A stretch of 64,000 nt of DNA. Source: Okamejei kenojei (taxonomy: Eukaryota). The position numbers were made by a program, and so were the translations under genes. Of this stretch, positions 63,810 through 64,000 are shown piece after piece. Position 1 is the stretch's first letter, and every line of letters starts with the position of its first letter. The notes below the pieces were generated by a model. The model saw only the letters and a list, made by a program, of their open reading frames with translations. It ran no database searches and was not told the origin of the DNA. The stretch spans positions 14,322,001 to 14,386,000 of the forward strand of contig CM069148.1 of the NCBI GenBank assembly GCA_035221665.1, in the 5' to 3' direction.

Positions 63810-63987
63810 AGGAAATGGTTCCTTCCAGCTGGCTCCCACAATGGAAGGTCTAACAATGGCTACATTTAAGCTGCCACATTCTTGCTGCACAACATATTCT
63901 GCCATGGCTTTAGTATAGGTGTAGGTGTTCGGTCTTTCACCGATCAGTTTTCTTGTAATGTCCTGAATCAAGTCATCATCCATCCAC
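63810..63987 (-). CDS. FAR1: Fatty acyl-CoA reductase (FAR1-like) exon, 5'-most in the window; contains the YxxxK catalytic motif
   Basis: [59 protein letters not shown]; AG/GT bounded; 178 nt. Upstream exons lie beyond the window. Confidence 0.95.
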
Positions 63988-64000
63988 CTGTGAAGAAAAG

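Overview
Vertebrate genomic DNA, not prokaryotic. The repeat content (HE1/V-SINE-type tRNA SINEs, CR1/HER1 LINEs, Penelope-like elements, Tc1) suggests a cartilaginous fish, probably a skate or ray; this is an inference. Two intron-containing genes converge tail-to-tail. On + is a complete but strongly diverged ERGIC2-like gene (13 coding exons, 5351-29971, about 372 aa; last exon tentative). On - is the 3' part (8 coding exons) of a fatty acyl-CoA reductase whose protein looks like FAR1. Introns are packed with retrotransposon and DNA-transposon relics. Main observations: (1) four copies of a ~110-140 nt retroposon with 10-11 bp TSDs and a (GAA)n tail, whose first 54 nt fold as a minimal HDV-like self-cleaving ribozyme starting at or one G from the insertion junction; (2) a ~520 bp inverted duplication of flanking DNA that extends the TIRs of a Tc1 element into a 2.7 kb palindrome with a foldback scar; (3) the divergent ERGIC2-like/FAR1-like pair may be a retained ohnolog of the mammalian FAR2-ERGIC2 pair. 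All comparisons to known proteins are from memory, not from searches, and repeat boundaries are approximate unless a TSD is quoted.
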